Shown in pieces: positions 10,232 through 20,036 of a stretch of DNA of 64,000 bases (its first letter is position 1; each line of letters starts with the position of its first letter). This DNA comes from Escherichia phage OliverMaurmann_Bas86. The notes under the pieces are model-generated. The model searched no databases and was not told the DNA's origin. It saw nothing but the letters and a program-made list of their open reading frames with translations. Location of the stretch: sequence record PQ850622.1. One strand, written 5' to 3'. Both the position numbers and the translations under genes were made by a program.

Positions 10232-11200
10232 ATGGCTTTATTCGGTGGTGGGAGTAGCAAGACTACTTCTAAAATGACAAGACCTGACTACATTCAGTCC
10301 TATATTGATCAGTTGGTCAATCAGGTTAATAACACTAGTTCAGGCGATTATGTGTATCGAGAAAATGTTGGACTTAATCAAAACCAGCAAGAAGCTCTGA
10401 ACAATCTATCACAATCTGGTGCATTAGGTGCACTTTCTTCTCAGTATATGGATGCTGCTCAATCTGGCTTAGGTTATCTAGATAATGCATACTCTGGATA
10501 TAACAACCTGTCTAACTCTGGTCAAATCACTGGGGAACAGATTGGTGCTCTTGCAGGCCAGCTCTATGACGATGAGGCTGTGCAAGCAGCTATTGCAGCG
10601 AATAATGAACAAACCCAACAGAGTTTGGCTAGGAATGCACTTCCTCAAATCTCTCAGCAGTTTGCTGGTCAGCAAGGTTCTGGTGCACGTATGGCTAAAT
10701 CTTTTGCTCAAGGTGATGCTCTGAACCAGATGCAGAACACAGCAACCAATATTACTAATAGTGCTTATGACTCCGCTCTAACTCAAGCACAGAACATTCT
10801 TTCTGGTAATAGACAAACACAAGCATCTGCTTTGGGTGGTTTATCTAACATTGGCTCCAATCTTGCTAATCTAGGAAACCAAGCTGGTCAGTTATCACAA
10901 CAGCAAATGATGAATCAGTGGAATGCAGGACTGCAACAGCAGCAACAACAGCAGTCTGATTTGAACAATGCTTATGAGAATGCTCAGAATGCCGCTAATT
11001 GGGGTTGGCAGGATATTAACAATCAACTAGGTGCTGCTGGGGTTCTTAATGGAGCTTTAGGGACAACCACAACTACTAAAACATCTGGTGGTAGTGGAGG
11101 CTTCCTAGGTGGTGCTGCTAGCGGTGCTGCTGCTGGCTCAGCTTTTGGCCCTTGGGGTGCTTTAGCTGGCGGTGTTATCGGTGGCTTAGCTAGCTCTTAA
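10232..11200 (+). CDS. Q/N-rich low-complexity virion protein (paralog B)
   Basis: 322 aa; N-terminus MALFGGGSSKTT...YRENVGLNQNQQEALNNL and Gly-rich C-terminus parallel 9170..10222. Confidence 0.45.
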   Translation: MALFGGGSSKTTSKMTRPDYIQSYIDQLVNQVNNTSSGDYVYRENVGLNQNQQEALNNLSQSGALGALSSQYMDAAQSGLGYLDNAYSGYNNLSNSGQITGEQIGALAGQLYDDEAVQAAIAANNEQTQQSLARNALPQISQQFAGQQGSGARMAKSFAQGDALNQMQNTATNITNSAYDSALTQAQNILSGNRQTQASALGGLSNIGSNLANLGNQAGQLSQQQMMNQWNAGLQQQQQQQSDLNNAYENAQNAANWGWQDINNQLGAAGVLNGALGTTTTTKTSGGSGGFLGGAASGAAAGSAFGPWGALAGGVIGGLASS

Positions 11201-11214
11201 TTAGGAGAATAATT

Positions 11215-12882
11215 ATGCAACAAACTTCTTATGCGTATCTTCGCAGTCAAGACCCAAGAAATCAGATTTATGGTGTTAAACAAGGGGCCGCTTCGGCCTC
11301 TCCATACATGGCAAGACCTGCTTACCCAGCTGCTGATGTTTCAATGTATAGTCAGAGACCTCCTGCCTCTCCTGTAGGTTTATCCTCTCTTGTTGCTACT
11401 GCTCAAGAAGACCAAGAAGCTATGTTAAATCCGGGATTTAGGCAGCGCCTTATGGAAGCAGAGAATCAAGGGACTCCTACAAGCCTTCAGGGTATTGATA
11501 TTGGCGAACCAGCTCCTGCTATGAATAACCCAGATCTATCCTCTGATGAGGGTCTACAAGCTGCTGGGTTGATGCCTAGTGACCCACTTCCTGTTACTCC
11601 TCCTCGTAAACCTCTGGAAGAAACAGATAAAGAGTTCTCTCCAGTTCAGGTGGAACAGGCTCAGAATGTTATTAACACTTTAGCTAATAGTAATCCAGCT
11701 CCTGAAGGTATGGCTGGTGCAACTCGTGCTAAAGACCAAGAACGTATTAATAATGATATTATGGAAGTAGCTAAAGCTAAAGATCCAGCACAAGCTTGGA
11801 ATGAGCTTCAGAAGCAACCGTTCTACCAGAAGTCTAGTTTCTATACTGGCTTAATGGGTGTTGGTCTTTCTATCATGTCAGGTAAATCCCCTATTGAAGC
11901 TTTCCAGATTGGTTCTGGCTTAGCTGCTCAGGATGAAACTAAACAACAACTAGAAGCCAACCGTGATGCTCTGTTAGAACAAGGCTATTCTCAAGATTCA
12001 GTTGCTGCTGCAATTGCTTCGGGAGATCCCTCCCTTCTCAAAATGCGTCAGATTAGTCCTCAGGAGAAGATGGCTCTTGCTGCTCAGGATGAAGAACGTG
12101 CTAATCGTGAGTGGGATAGACGTCAACAGATTCAAGAGAATTCGATGCGGGAACGTGCTGCTGAAACTCGTCGTGCTGCTGAAGAACGTGCTAATGCTCA
12201 GTTCGAGAAACAGAAAGAACTTATTGGATATCGTGATCAAGTTAAAGCAGAGCGTGCAGAGAAGGCTGCTCAGAGCTTTACTTTCAACCCTAAAGAAGTT
12301 CGTCTGGCTCAGAACACAGCAGAAGGTACAGTTGCTAAGCAGTGGGCAGAGAAAGCAGGTCTGTTCAACCAGTCTCATAAGGACTTGGATTTAGCAGACA
12401 AAGCTGTTAAGGATAAGGATTACCAAACTGCTCGTTCTGCTTACATGCAGGCTATTATGAACTCCGCAAGGGCAGAAATTGGTGCTAACCGTTCTCTCCA
12501 AGCTGATGACTTGGCTCACTTTGCAGAAGACCCGTCAATCTTCGTTAAGGTTGGTAATACTTGGTCCCTTAAAGCAGGCTATCGTCCTTCTGATGCTGCT
12601 CTGTCATATGCTCGTAAGCAGGCAACTGTTGGTGCTACTTCCGCTGAGAAAGGTGTGAAGGATGCTAAGAAAGCAACAATTGAGGCATATATCGGTTCTG
12701 GTATGGATAAGAAAAGAGCTACAGCTCTTGTCAACCGTGCTATCCCATCTGCTGGTTTCTATGACCCATTCGGTACGTTTGAGAGTGAAGCTGAAGCAGC
12801 TGTTGGTGGAGATACTACAAATCCTCGCTTAACAGGTGCTCTTTCTTCTTCAGCGGCAGATACGAGTTGGATGTTCCAGTAA
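11215..12882 (+). CDS. virion internal/structural protein
   Basis: 555 aa ORF with RBS, between structural genes; coiled-coil-rich. Confidence 0.4.
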   Translation: MQQTSYAYLRSQDPRNQIYGVKQGAASASPYMARPAYPAADVSMYSQRPPASPVGLSSLVATAQEDQEAMLNPGFRQRLMEAENQGTPTSLQGIDIGEPAPAMNNPDLSSDEGLQAAGLMPSDPLPVTPPRKPLEETDKEFSPVQVEQAQNVINTLANSNPAPEGMAGATRAKDQERINNDIMEVAKAKDPAQAWNELQKQPFYQKSSFYTGLMGVGLSIMSGKSPIEAFQIGSGLAAQDETKQQLEANRDALLEQGYSQDSVAAAIASGDPSLLKMRQISPQEKMALAAQDEERANREWDRRQQIQENSMRERAAETRRAAEERANAQFEKQKELIGYRDQVKAERAEKAAQSFTFNPKEVRLAQNTAEGTVAKQWAEKAGLFNQSHKDLDLADKAVKDKDYQTARSAYMQAIMNSARAEIGANRSLQADDLAHFAEDPSIFVKVGNTWSLKAGYRPSDAALSYARKQATVGATSAEKGVKDAKKATIEAYIGSGMDKKRATALVNRAIPSAGFYDPFGTFESEAEAAVGGDTTNPRLTGALSSSAADTSWMFQ

Positions 12883-12907
12883 TCTAAGACCTAAGTCCTA
12901 TCTCTTA

Positions 12908-12916
12908 TAATGTATA
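12908..12916 (+). promoter_or_regulatory. candidate phage-specific promoter element TAATGTATA (overlaps a TATAAT hexamer)
   Basis: Intergenic TATAATGTATATAGG about 40 nt upstream of the 12953 ATG; the same 9-mer recurs at 22828 and 22899. Confidence 0.45.
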
Positions 12917-12952
12917 TAGGAGGTAGGACATTTTTATTTATAAGGAGACGTT

Positions 12953-15900
12953 ATGGCTAATTTAAAATCGTGGGAAGAAGCTTCCAAAGCTCCTGCGTAT
13001 CTGAATGCCTCTCCAGAGCAACAGGCTCAAATGAGAGAACAATACAAGGCAGCAGGGGGCACTATTCCTGAGACTCAACCACAAGAGCAACCACAACAAG
13101 AAGAACGAGGTGTTATTGGGGAGTTTGCTCAAGGTGTGTCTAACGCTCTTCAATCAGGTGGTGCTAACATTGCAGCTAGTGCTGCTAAAGGTTTAGGTGG
13201 GCTGGTAGAGATTGGTGAAAACCTAACTGGTTCGGAAACAAGCTATGGTAAGCGCATTCAAGAGAACTCTAAGCAATTGCTGGAAGAACGCTTATCCAAG
13301 ATAGAAGATGGTTTTGGTAAAACAGCTGGTCAGTATGCTGGTGTTGCTGCTGATATTGGTTTGACAGTTGCAAACCCTGCTGTTGCTGCTGCTGTTATCG
13401 CAGCTCGTGAAACAGGTCGTGCTTATGCTGATCAAACTCCTAAAGAAGATGAAGATAAGTCAATCTTAGATGCTGCTCTTGTTGGTGGTGCTAACTACGC
13501 TGCTCAGAAGATACTTCCGGGCATGACTGGTACAGCTTCTACTACTCTAGGTCGTGTAGGACAAAGCGTAGCCTCTAACGCGGTTGCTGGTGCTAAGGGT
13601 GGTGCTATTGTTGGTGCTGCTGAAGCTCAGAACAAATATGGAGATGATACTACTCTAGCTAATGTCTTAGAAGGGGCTATTGAAGAAGGTGCACTCGGTG
13701 CCGCTTATGGTGGGGCGATTGGTGGGGTTCATGGGTTAATAAGTCGTCCTAGTCCTCAAGTGTTTGATCGTACTCCTGAGCATGTTAAGACTGACATTGC
13801 TGCTGAAGATGAGGCTATTCGTAAAGCTGCTAACGCTGATGAACTTCGTGAAGCCTATGCTAAAGCTGAGAATGCTAATGCTGCCTCTGCTTTAAACCTT
13901 CTGGATGAAAATGGTTTCCGAATCACAGATGCAGTTGCTATGGACTCTCCTGCTGTTCAACGTATATTAAATACAGATCAAAATCGTGCAGAGAAGGCTG
14001 CTACGGTTCAGAAAGATAGTTCTAACGTTCCCGGTCTTAATCCTTTAGCTTCTCCTAAGAAGACTCAAGGTAAAGCTTTTGCTGACAATGAGTACAACCA
14101 GAAACAAGCTGTGGCAATGAAAGATGCAATGGCTGACTACACTAAAGATAACACCAAAGCCCTTACTGATGTTCTAGACAATCTAGACCGAGAGTTAGTA
14201 GCTCTGAGAGCAAGTGGTGATTTTACTGGTAGTGCTATTGACATTAAAAACCGTACTCAAGCTGATCGTGATTTTATTGATGCTTATAAAACTTTTTACA
14301 GTGAAGCTAATCGTTTCAAAGCTCGTGATGGTGAAGACCTAAACAACTTCATTGATAAAGCTACTCAGTTGCAGAAGCTCTCTGAAAATGTTTCTCCAGA
14401 AATGAAGAAGGCCATTGGTGGATTAAAGAAACTAAAAGGTATGCCTGAAGGTTTTAACCCTATCCAAGATGCTTTCACTCTGAATAATACAGCTAAGTTC
14501 ATGAGTAACCAAGACCGTGGTTGGACCTCTCTGACTGATGACGGTTTTCGTGAAGCTCCGGCTCCTGTGTTAGTTAAGAATCCTCTCGGTGCAGCCAAGT
14601 ATGTACTTAACCGCTTTACTTCCGATCGTGCTCGTGCTCAACGTGAGAAGCAACAGTCAGCTAATAGCGAAGCTATCCGCTCTTTGGCTAGGGCTGATTT
14701 AGAAGTACAACGAGCTAGGACTCAGGCTGAAGAAGCAAGAGCAAAAATGGAAGAAGAACCAACCACAGAAGACATCAAATTCCGTACTCAAAATGATGCA
14801 CCTTCCGAACCGGTTCGTGAGGAGCCTTCTGCTACTACTGTGACAGAAGAAATTCCTTCCTCTCCAGCTCCAACTGAAACACCTCTTACTGCGAGGGATC
14901 TAGTTGCTCAAAGACGTGCTCTCCAACAAGCAGAGCTTAGACGTCAAGAAACTGAAGCTGCTCAGGCTCAAGAAAGTGCTACACCAGAACCTGAACCACA
15001 GCAAGAAGCTCTTACAGCTAGAGAATTAGTAGCTCAGCGTAGGGCTGTAGCAGAGGCTAAGAAACGTCAAGAGGCAGAGGAAGCAGAACGTGCTAAAGAA
15101 GCTCCTGAGGAGGCCGTAGAAGAGCCTAAAGAGAAACCTGAGCCATTACCTGCTCGTGCTCCTAAAGCTCCTGAGAAGGCTCCTGAGCCTGTTAAACCAT
15201 CACTCGGTGTAGAGCGTCTGGCTTCTATGTCAACTGCTGCCCGTCAGGCAACAAAAGATCGTGCTGACCGATTTGCTCGTTCTTTGTATTCGGCTGCTGC
15301 TAAAGCTAAAGCTACTGCGGAAAACTTCCTTTCTTATAAAGGAGACCCTAAAGAGCTTATGCGTCGTATCCGTCAGGAAGACCAAGCAAACAACACACAG
15401 CGTCATGAAGAGATGGCTAGAAATCAACTGGCTTCCCAGCAAGGCATTGCTTCTGCTAAATCTCAACATGTTCGTGCCTCTTTTGCTGATTGGGTAAAAG
15501 AACGTGGGTTGCCTTCTGATATCGCTACTAAAGCCTTACGGGCTGAAGAGAAAGGTTTAGGTGGGAACGTCACAAGCCTAGATTCACTGAAACGAAGAGC
15601 TGAACGTTTATATCAGAAACAGAGAGATGATGAATTTGACCGTCTCTATCGAGAGGCTCTGGAAGAGAATAAAGCGTTTGACAAGAAAGATGCTCCTAAA
15701 CTGGTAGATCAGAAGAAAGAACTTCAGGATGAAATTGGTACACTGCTTGATGCAGAACCTTTACGTCCTGCTCAGAAAGATGCTATGCGTAAGATCATGG
15801 AAGACTTTGTGGAGAGTAAGTTTAAATCTTCAGAGAAAGCTGGAAGGGTTGAGGCTTTGGAAGTTGGTCAAATGAAGGATGTGTGGGATGGGTTTATTAA

Positions 15901-17398
15901 TACCTATAACCGAGAAGTTAACATGTTCAACAAGGCTAACAAGAACTCTCAATACGAAGCAGCGGCTAAACACTTGCAAGCACGTCAAGAACGTCTTGAG
16001 ACGCTCCGTAACAGAGCTAAGGCTCGTAATGATGCCAAGGCAGCTATGGAAGCTGAAAAGCAGTCATTGGAAGCTATAGCGGCTCAGAAATCCGAGATGG
16101 AGAAGATGTTCAAAGAGTTGCCTGAAAGTGTCAGAGAAGCTCAGGAAGGTCGTACTTTGAAACAGCTTGCTGCTCACCACGATAAAAACTCTCCAGTACC
16201 ACCAGAGCGTTTCCGTAGTATTATTGAACGTATTCACAACGCTGAGAGTGATTACCTCGATCGCAAACGTCGTTTGACCGAAGCAGAGGAAGATGCTCGT
16301 GAGGCTAAGTGGAATAGGATGTATGAACAGGCTGAGGAAATGAACCGTAGGTTTGATATTGATTCTAGAGTGAAGAGAGACAAGGCTCTGAAAGAAGCTC
16401 AGGAACGAGAGAATGACCTAATGGCAGTTCAACGTCAACGTGATGACATTCATAAACGTTTAGTCAACACTCTGGAAGAGAAGGGGGTTTCTAGAGAGGA
16501 TGCTGAAGCGTATGCTGGTTCTTATATGGACAATCGGTATGCTTTGTTAGAGAAACCTATGACTCCAGTGGAACATCAGAATGCTCGTGCTCGTATCGAA
16601 TCTGACGTAGAGAAGTTTGTTAAGAAGTATGAAACAGCTACTCCAATCGAAAGAGAGATTGCTAAGGCAACTGGTGATGCAGATGGGAAAGCTTCTGACC
16701 TTGATGCAGAAACAGCAAAAGCTATCGAAGATGCTCGTAAAGTTGATTCTGATTTTAAGAAACTTTTAGATGAAGAGAAAGAAATGGAGAAGATTCGTTC
16801 GGCTCTACCTGAGGATGAAAGATCTCAGGCTAACTCTGATATTCTTGAAAGTATTAAGAAGCAGGAAGATGACTTTGCTAACAAAGCAGAGAAAGCTTTT
16901 ATTGAAGGGAAAGACTTGCAGGAGTTGGCGAGTGTTGCAGAGGTTCTAGATAGGGTTCATGGTGCAGATAAGGCTGGTAACAACCGTCGATTTGTACGTG
17001 CTCTACAGACTGCTGCTGAGAACAAGAAACGTTATGGAGATAATCCAGTGGCTTGGTTTAGTGCTGATGATTATTCTGCTATTGCGAAACTTGGTGCTGC
17101 TTCGGCAGGTGGTAACAAATCTCGAGCACTTGAGAAAATCTTTGGTTCTACAGCAGAACAAGCTAAAGGGAAACTTTTAGGGAGGGATGATGTAGCTAAG
17201 ATTAGACGTGTGATTGAAGCGAATCCTAATGCTAAGATTCCTTCTTACAAGACAACTACTCGACAAGAGTATTTACAGTTCTTGGAGAAGTATAATGATG
17301 AGGGAGAGTTGAAAGTCAAACGTGGTTCTCTGTCTGACAAGTTAGAAAGGGGTAAGCGTCAAGCTAAACTTCGTGTTAGAGTTCGAGCTAAGGAGTAA
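12953..17398 (+). CDS. large internal virion / DNA-ejection protein
   Basis: 1481 aa, Ala/Gly-rich N-terminus then long E/K/R/A-rich coiled-coil; last gene of the structural operon; RBS AAGGAG. Confidence 0.5.
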   Translation: MANLKSWEEASKAPAYLNASPEQQAQMREQYKAAGGTIPETQPQEQPQQEERGVIGEFAQGVSNALQSGGANIAASAAKGLGGLVEIGENLTGSETSYGKRIQENSKQLLEERLSKIEDGFGKTAGQYAGVAADIGLTVANPAVAAAVIAARETGRAYADQTPKEDEDKSILDAALVGGANYAAQKILPGMTGTASTTLGRVGQSVASNAVAGAKGGAIVGAAEAQNKYGDDTTLANVLEGAIEEGALGAAYGGAIGGVHGLISRPSPQVFDRTPEHVKTDIAAEDEAIRKAANADELREAYAKAENANAASALNLLDENGFRITDAVAMDSPAVQRILNTDQNRAEKAATVQKDSSNVPGLNPLASPKKTQGKAFADNEYNQKQAVAMKDAMADYTKDNTKALTDVLDNLDRELVALRASGDFTGSAIDIKNRTQADRDFIDAYKTFYSEANRFKARDGEDLNNFIDKATQLQKLSENVSPEMKKAIGGLKKLKGMPEGFNPIQDAFTLNNTAKFMSNQDRGWTSLTDDGFREAPAPVLVKNPLGAAKYVLNRFTSDRARAQREKQQSANSEAIRSLARADLEVQRARTQAEEARAKMEEEPTTEDIKFRTQNDAPSEPVREEPSATTVTEEIPSSPAPTETPLTARDLVAQRRALQQAELRRQETEAAQAQESATPEPEPQQEALTARELVAQRRAVAEAKKRQEAEEAERAKEAPEEAVEEPKEKPEPLPARAPKAPEKAPEPVKPSLGVERLASMSTAARQATKDRADRFARSLYSAAAKAKATAENFLSYKGDPKELMRRIRQEDQANNTQRHEEMARNQLASQQGIASAKSQHVRASFADWVKERGLPSDIATKALRAEEKGLGGNVTSLDSLKRRAERLYQKQRDDEFDRLYREALEENKAFDKKDAPKLVDQKKELQDEIGTLLDAEPLRPAQKDAMRKIMEDFVESKFKSSEKAGRVEALEVGQMKDVWDGFINTYNREVNMFNKANKNSQYEAAAKHLQARQERLETLRNRAKARNDAKAAMEAEKQSLEAIAAQKSEMEKMFKELPESVREAQEGRTLKQLAAHHDKNSPVPPERFRSIIERIHNAESDYLDRKRRLTEAEEDAREAKWNRMYEQAEEMNRRFDIDSRVKRDKALKEAQERENDLMAVQRQRDDIHKRLVNTLEEKGVSREDAEAYAGSYMDNRYALLEKPMTPVEHQNARARIESDVEKFVKKYETATPIEREIAKATGDADGKASDLDAETAKAIEDARKVDSDFKKLLDEEKEMEKIRSALPEDERSQANSDILESIKKQEDDFANKAEKAFIEGKDLQELASVAEVLDRVHGADKAGNNRRFVRALQTAAENKKRYGDNPVAWFSADDYSAIAKLGAASAGGNKSRALEKIFGSTAEQAKGKLLGRDDVAKIRRVIEANPNAKIPSYKTTTRQEYLQFLEKYNDEGELKVKRGSLSDKLERGKRQAKLRVRVRAKE

Positions 17399-17407
17399 AC
17401 AAGAAAA

Positions 17408-17444
17408 GCCCCCAACCTGAAAAGGAAGGGGGCTTCTTTATTTC
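17408..17444. terminator. bidirectional terminator between convergent operons
   Basis: GCCCCC-(14 nt loop)-GGGGGC flanked by A-run upstream and TTCTTTATTTC downstream; sits between the + gene ending 17398 and the - gene ending 17496. Confidence 0.55.
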
Positions 17445-17495
17445 TAGATGTTAGAATCCATCGAATTCATCATACATCCCAATTTTCTTCTTCAA

Positions 17496-17762
17496 TCACA
17501 AGACCTCCCAATCATCTGCAAACAAATCACCCTGAGATGGAACCCATCCGGGTTGCATAATACCCTGAGCATTCTTTAAGTCTAAATGAGGGGCGATGAC
17601 GAATCGACCAGTGATGCCAGCTTTTTCATAATCAGAACCCGGTCGAGCTTCTTCTACTTCATATCCACCTTCTTTGATGATGAACTGATTTGCACCATTC
17701 CAACCAGAGCGAGCAATCCTCTTCCCTTCTTTTACTTTAATAAGCGCTGAACTGAAATCCAT
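17496..17762 (-). CDS. DUF2829-like protein (family that includes the Thoeris anti-defence protein Tad2)
   Basis: MDFSSALIKVKEGKRIARSGWNG ... HLDLKNAQGIMQPGWVPSQGDLFADDWEVL matches the DUF2829 pattern. Confidence 0.5.
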   Translation of the reverse strand: MDFSSALIKVKEGKRIARSGWNGANQFIIKEGGYEVEEARPGSDYEKAGITGRFVIAPHLDLKNAQGIMQPGWVPSQGDLFADDWEVL

Positions 17763-17770
17763 TTGTTCTC

Positions 17771-18073
17771 CTAGATTAAATCGTAATACTTAATAATATC
17801 AGAGAGCTTAAACTCTCGAATGTCATTCTTATCATTGTCCCAAGCGGTCATTATCCAACAAGGTTTGCCCCCATTATGATAACGGGAAGAAGCAACTGAG
17901 GTTCGTAAAGGAATAACGGAGCGGTCTGCAATCTCGCCTCTCCAATTACGATAGCTAAAGCGAAGAACTTGTTTCGTAGATACTTGATCATGTGTGTTTT
18001 CCTTGTTCATAGATTCAAAGATTTCCCTTTCTTCAGGAGTCTCTAGATTTTTTAAATTCGCGTCTTGCATCAT
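17771..18073 (-). CDS. hypothetical protein
   Basis: 100 aa ORF; start may be internal given overlap with the next gene. Confidence 0.3.
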   Translation of the reverse strand: MMQDANLKNLETPEEREIFESMNKENTHDQVSTKQVLRFSYRNWRGEIADRSVIPLRTSVASSRYHNGGKPCWIMTAWDNDKNDIREFKLSDIIKYYDLI

Positions 18074-18437
18074 TCTCTTCCTTAGTTTTTATCTTATGGC
18101 AAGGCTCTTTGCATAAGACTTGAAAACCATCTTTCTCAACTAAAGCCCTCTCGATGATTTCATCCCAAGTAGCTTCATGGTCCACTGGGACAATAGGCTC
18201 TATATGGTCTACTGCTACGTCTTTAAGAGGAGAATCATTACCACACATAGCACACTTATAGTGCATTGCCAGTTTGCCAGTTTTAGGGTTGATTTTACGT
18301 TCTGTCTGAGCCTCTTTGAGAGAATCAAACATAGGTTTCCATTTCCTAGTCAGAGAACGAATCCCTGACTTAATGAAGGAGTTATAACGTGCTTCAGTCC
18401 ACTGACCAGAGCATCTTGTCTTCTCAGCTTTCGCCAT
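18033..18437 (-). CDS. HNH endonuclease
   Basis: CAMCG...VDHIEPI...LCKEPCH zinc-binding HNH motif. Confidence 0.55.
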   Translation of the reverse strand: MAKAEKTRCSGQWTEARYNSFIKSGIRSLTRKWKPMFDSLKEAQTERKINPKTGKLAMHYKCAMCGNDSPLKDVAVDHIEPIVPVDHEATWDEIIERALVEKDGFQVLCKEPCHKIKTKEENDARREFKKSRDS

Positions 18438-18615
18438 AACCTACATCCATATCAGCGTCTTCCCAAATGCGTTTATTGACTCGGTGTGATTCTTTATCAG
18501 CACGAGGGATACGACCTGTGCGACGATCAAATGCTTGGTGCTTAATCTTTTGATCTTTACGAGATTCACGAGTAGAGGAGTTTTCATCATACGAACGATA
18601 GTCAAATTTACCCAT
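18424..18615 (-). CDS. hypothetical basic protein
   Basis: 63 aa ORF. Confidence 0.25.
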   Translation of the reverse strand: MGKFDYRSYDENSSTRESRKDQKIKHQAFDRRTGRIPRADKESHRVNKRIWEDADMDVGYGES

Positions 18616-18628
18616 TATAATATCCTTA

Positions 18629-19471
18629 TTACCAAGTTTTATCTAACCATGACCAATCAAAGAGGTCACCTTCAGCTTGTCCAACGAAGAGCAATCGAGC
18701 ATTTTCTAACATCTTAGCTTCTGCTTCTTCCTCGAACCTTTTATAGTATTCCATTCGTATAATATGATAAAGAGTCCACTTATCGAATACCTTCTCAATA
18801 AGTTTGATTGCAGCCTTACTACCAATGCCTTTACGACGCATTACTAGATTGCCACCCCACATCATTTCAACCTTCTCACCGCATCCGGGAATGTTATCTG
18901 TGCTATCCCCGATCAGCATCTGGTAGAAGAAGTTCTGCCATGCTACTTCTTCTGATACATAGTGAGGAGGTACTTCTTTCTGTCTCTCCCCGCAAGCCCA
19001 ACGGTAATGCCATCCGGGAGTGATTAACAAGTCTTTATCACGGGTGCAAATGATAGTGTTCTTATCACGTCTCTGTCTTTCAGCTAGGGCATCATCCGCC
19101 TCTCTCCCAAAAACTTCTACGTATTCGTAATTCTCTTTAATGTAATCACTGACATTTTGCCAGTGGTGAGGTCTTTCTCCCGGTGGTCGATTAGCTTTAT
19201 AACCTTGCTGCTTAGCAATATCAAACCGAAAATTACCACCTTCGCTGAAGTAAAAGATTGTTTTCTCACAACCAGACCTTGCAATGATTACATCTATTTT
19301 ATGTTGAAGTCGTTCAATCAAGAATCCATAATCAACTGGAACACGACCTGTGTCTAGAAAAGGATGCTCTTGTGTAAGAGCACCGACTTCATATCGCAGA
19401 ACATCTGCATCCACAATTGCTACTTCAGGATAGATTACATCAGACATAGAGATCTCTCCGTGTCTCTTCAA
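18629..19471 (-). CDS. 5'-3' exonuclease / flap endonuclease (FEN, RNase H-like)
   Basis: GDSTDNIPGCGEKV...GIGSKAAIKLI matches the helix-3-turn-helix region of Pol I-type 5' nucleases; true start may be ATG at 19447. Confidence 0.65.
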   Translation of the reverse strand: MKRHGEISMSDVIYPEVAIVDADVLRYEVGALTQEHPFLDTGRVPVDYGFLIERLQHKIDVIIARSGCEKTIFYFSEGGNFRFDIAKQQGYKANRPPGERPHHWQNVSDYIKENYEYVEVFGREADDALAERQRRDKNTIICTRDKDLLITPGWHYRWACGERQKEVPPHYVSEEVAWQNFFYQMLIGDSTDNIPGCGEKVEMMWGGNLVMRRKGIGSKAAIKLIEKVFDKWTLYHIIRMEYYKRFEEEAEAKMLENARLLFVGQAEGDLFDWSWLDKTW

Positions 19472-20036
19472 TAATCCACTCTAAATCATCAACTGCCTCT
19501 TCTACAGAACGGTCATTAAAGAGGAGGTAGGTTGGTAGGTTTGTTCCTTCAATATAAGAACGGGAGTCCCCTTCAAAGGAGCAGCCATCTCGGAGAATCT
19601 GAACTACTCGAACATAGAAGTGTTTCTCTAGTTCTTCAACTTCAGCTTTGAACCCACCATCAGAGAAGACGATAACATCATTCTGTGATGGGATACGTTG
19701 TTGAATACTGCTAACAGCAAGTTTACCCATGCAGGTCTCACCAAACATAGGTTTCAGATAATCCTCACTAGTTGCAATCATCAAGTCTCGAACTGACTTA
19801 CCGCCCCATTCAGGACGGATATGTTCTTTCCACTCACGGTCGTTGTACAGCTCCATGAACTTATAAAGAGGGAGACCTAATGCAGCAGCAGCCACCCGAT
19901 ACATAGGCTCCTTAAAAGCCTTTACATGCGGTCTAAACTCAGTGTTACCAGCGGTCTTCTCTAACCAAGCATTAGCGATTGTATCTTTACCACAACCCGG
20001 AGGTCCATTTAGAATTACTACTAATGGTTTACTCAT
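19440..20036 (-). CDS. P-loop nucleotide kinase (dNMP kinase-like)
   Basis: Walker A VVILNGPPGCGKDT; overall layout resembles T4 gene-1-type dNMP kinases. Confidence 0.5.
   Translation of the reverse strand: MSKPLVVILNGPPGCGKDTIANAWLEKTAGNTEFRPHVKAFKEPMYRVAAAALGLPLYKFMELYNDREWKEHIRPEWGGKSVRDLMIATSEDYLKPMFGETCMGKLAVSSIQQRIPSQNDVIVFSDGGFKAEVEELEKHFYVRVVQILRDGCSFEGDSRSYIEGTNLPTYLLFNDRSVEEAVDDLEWIIEETRRDLYV

Noticed and set aside
12962-17180. Short ORFs on both strands inside the 1481-aa gene (12962..13153, 14365..14598, 15230..15497, 15879..16079, 16959..17180)
   Set aside because: Embedded in a long coding region with consistent coiled-coil composition; no independent start signals
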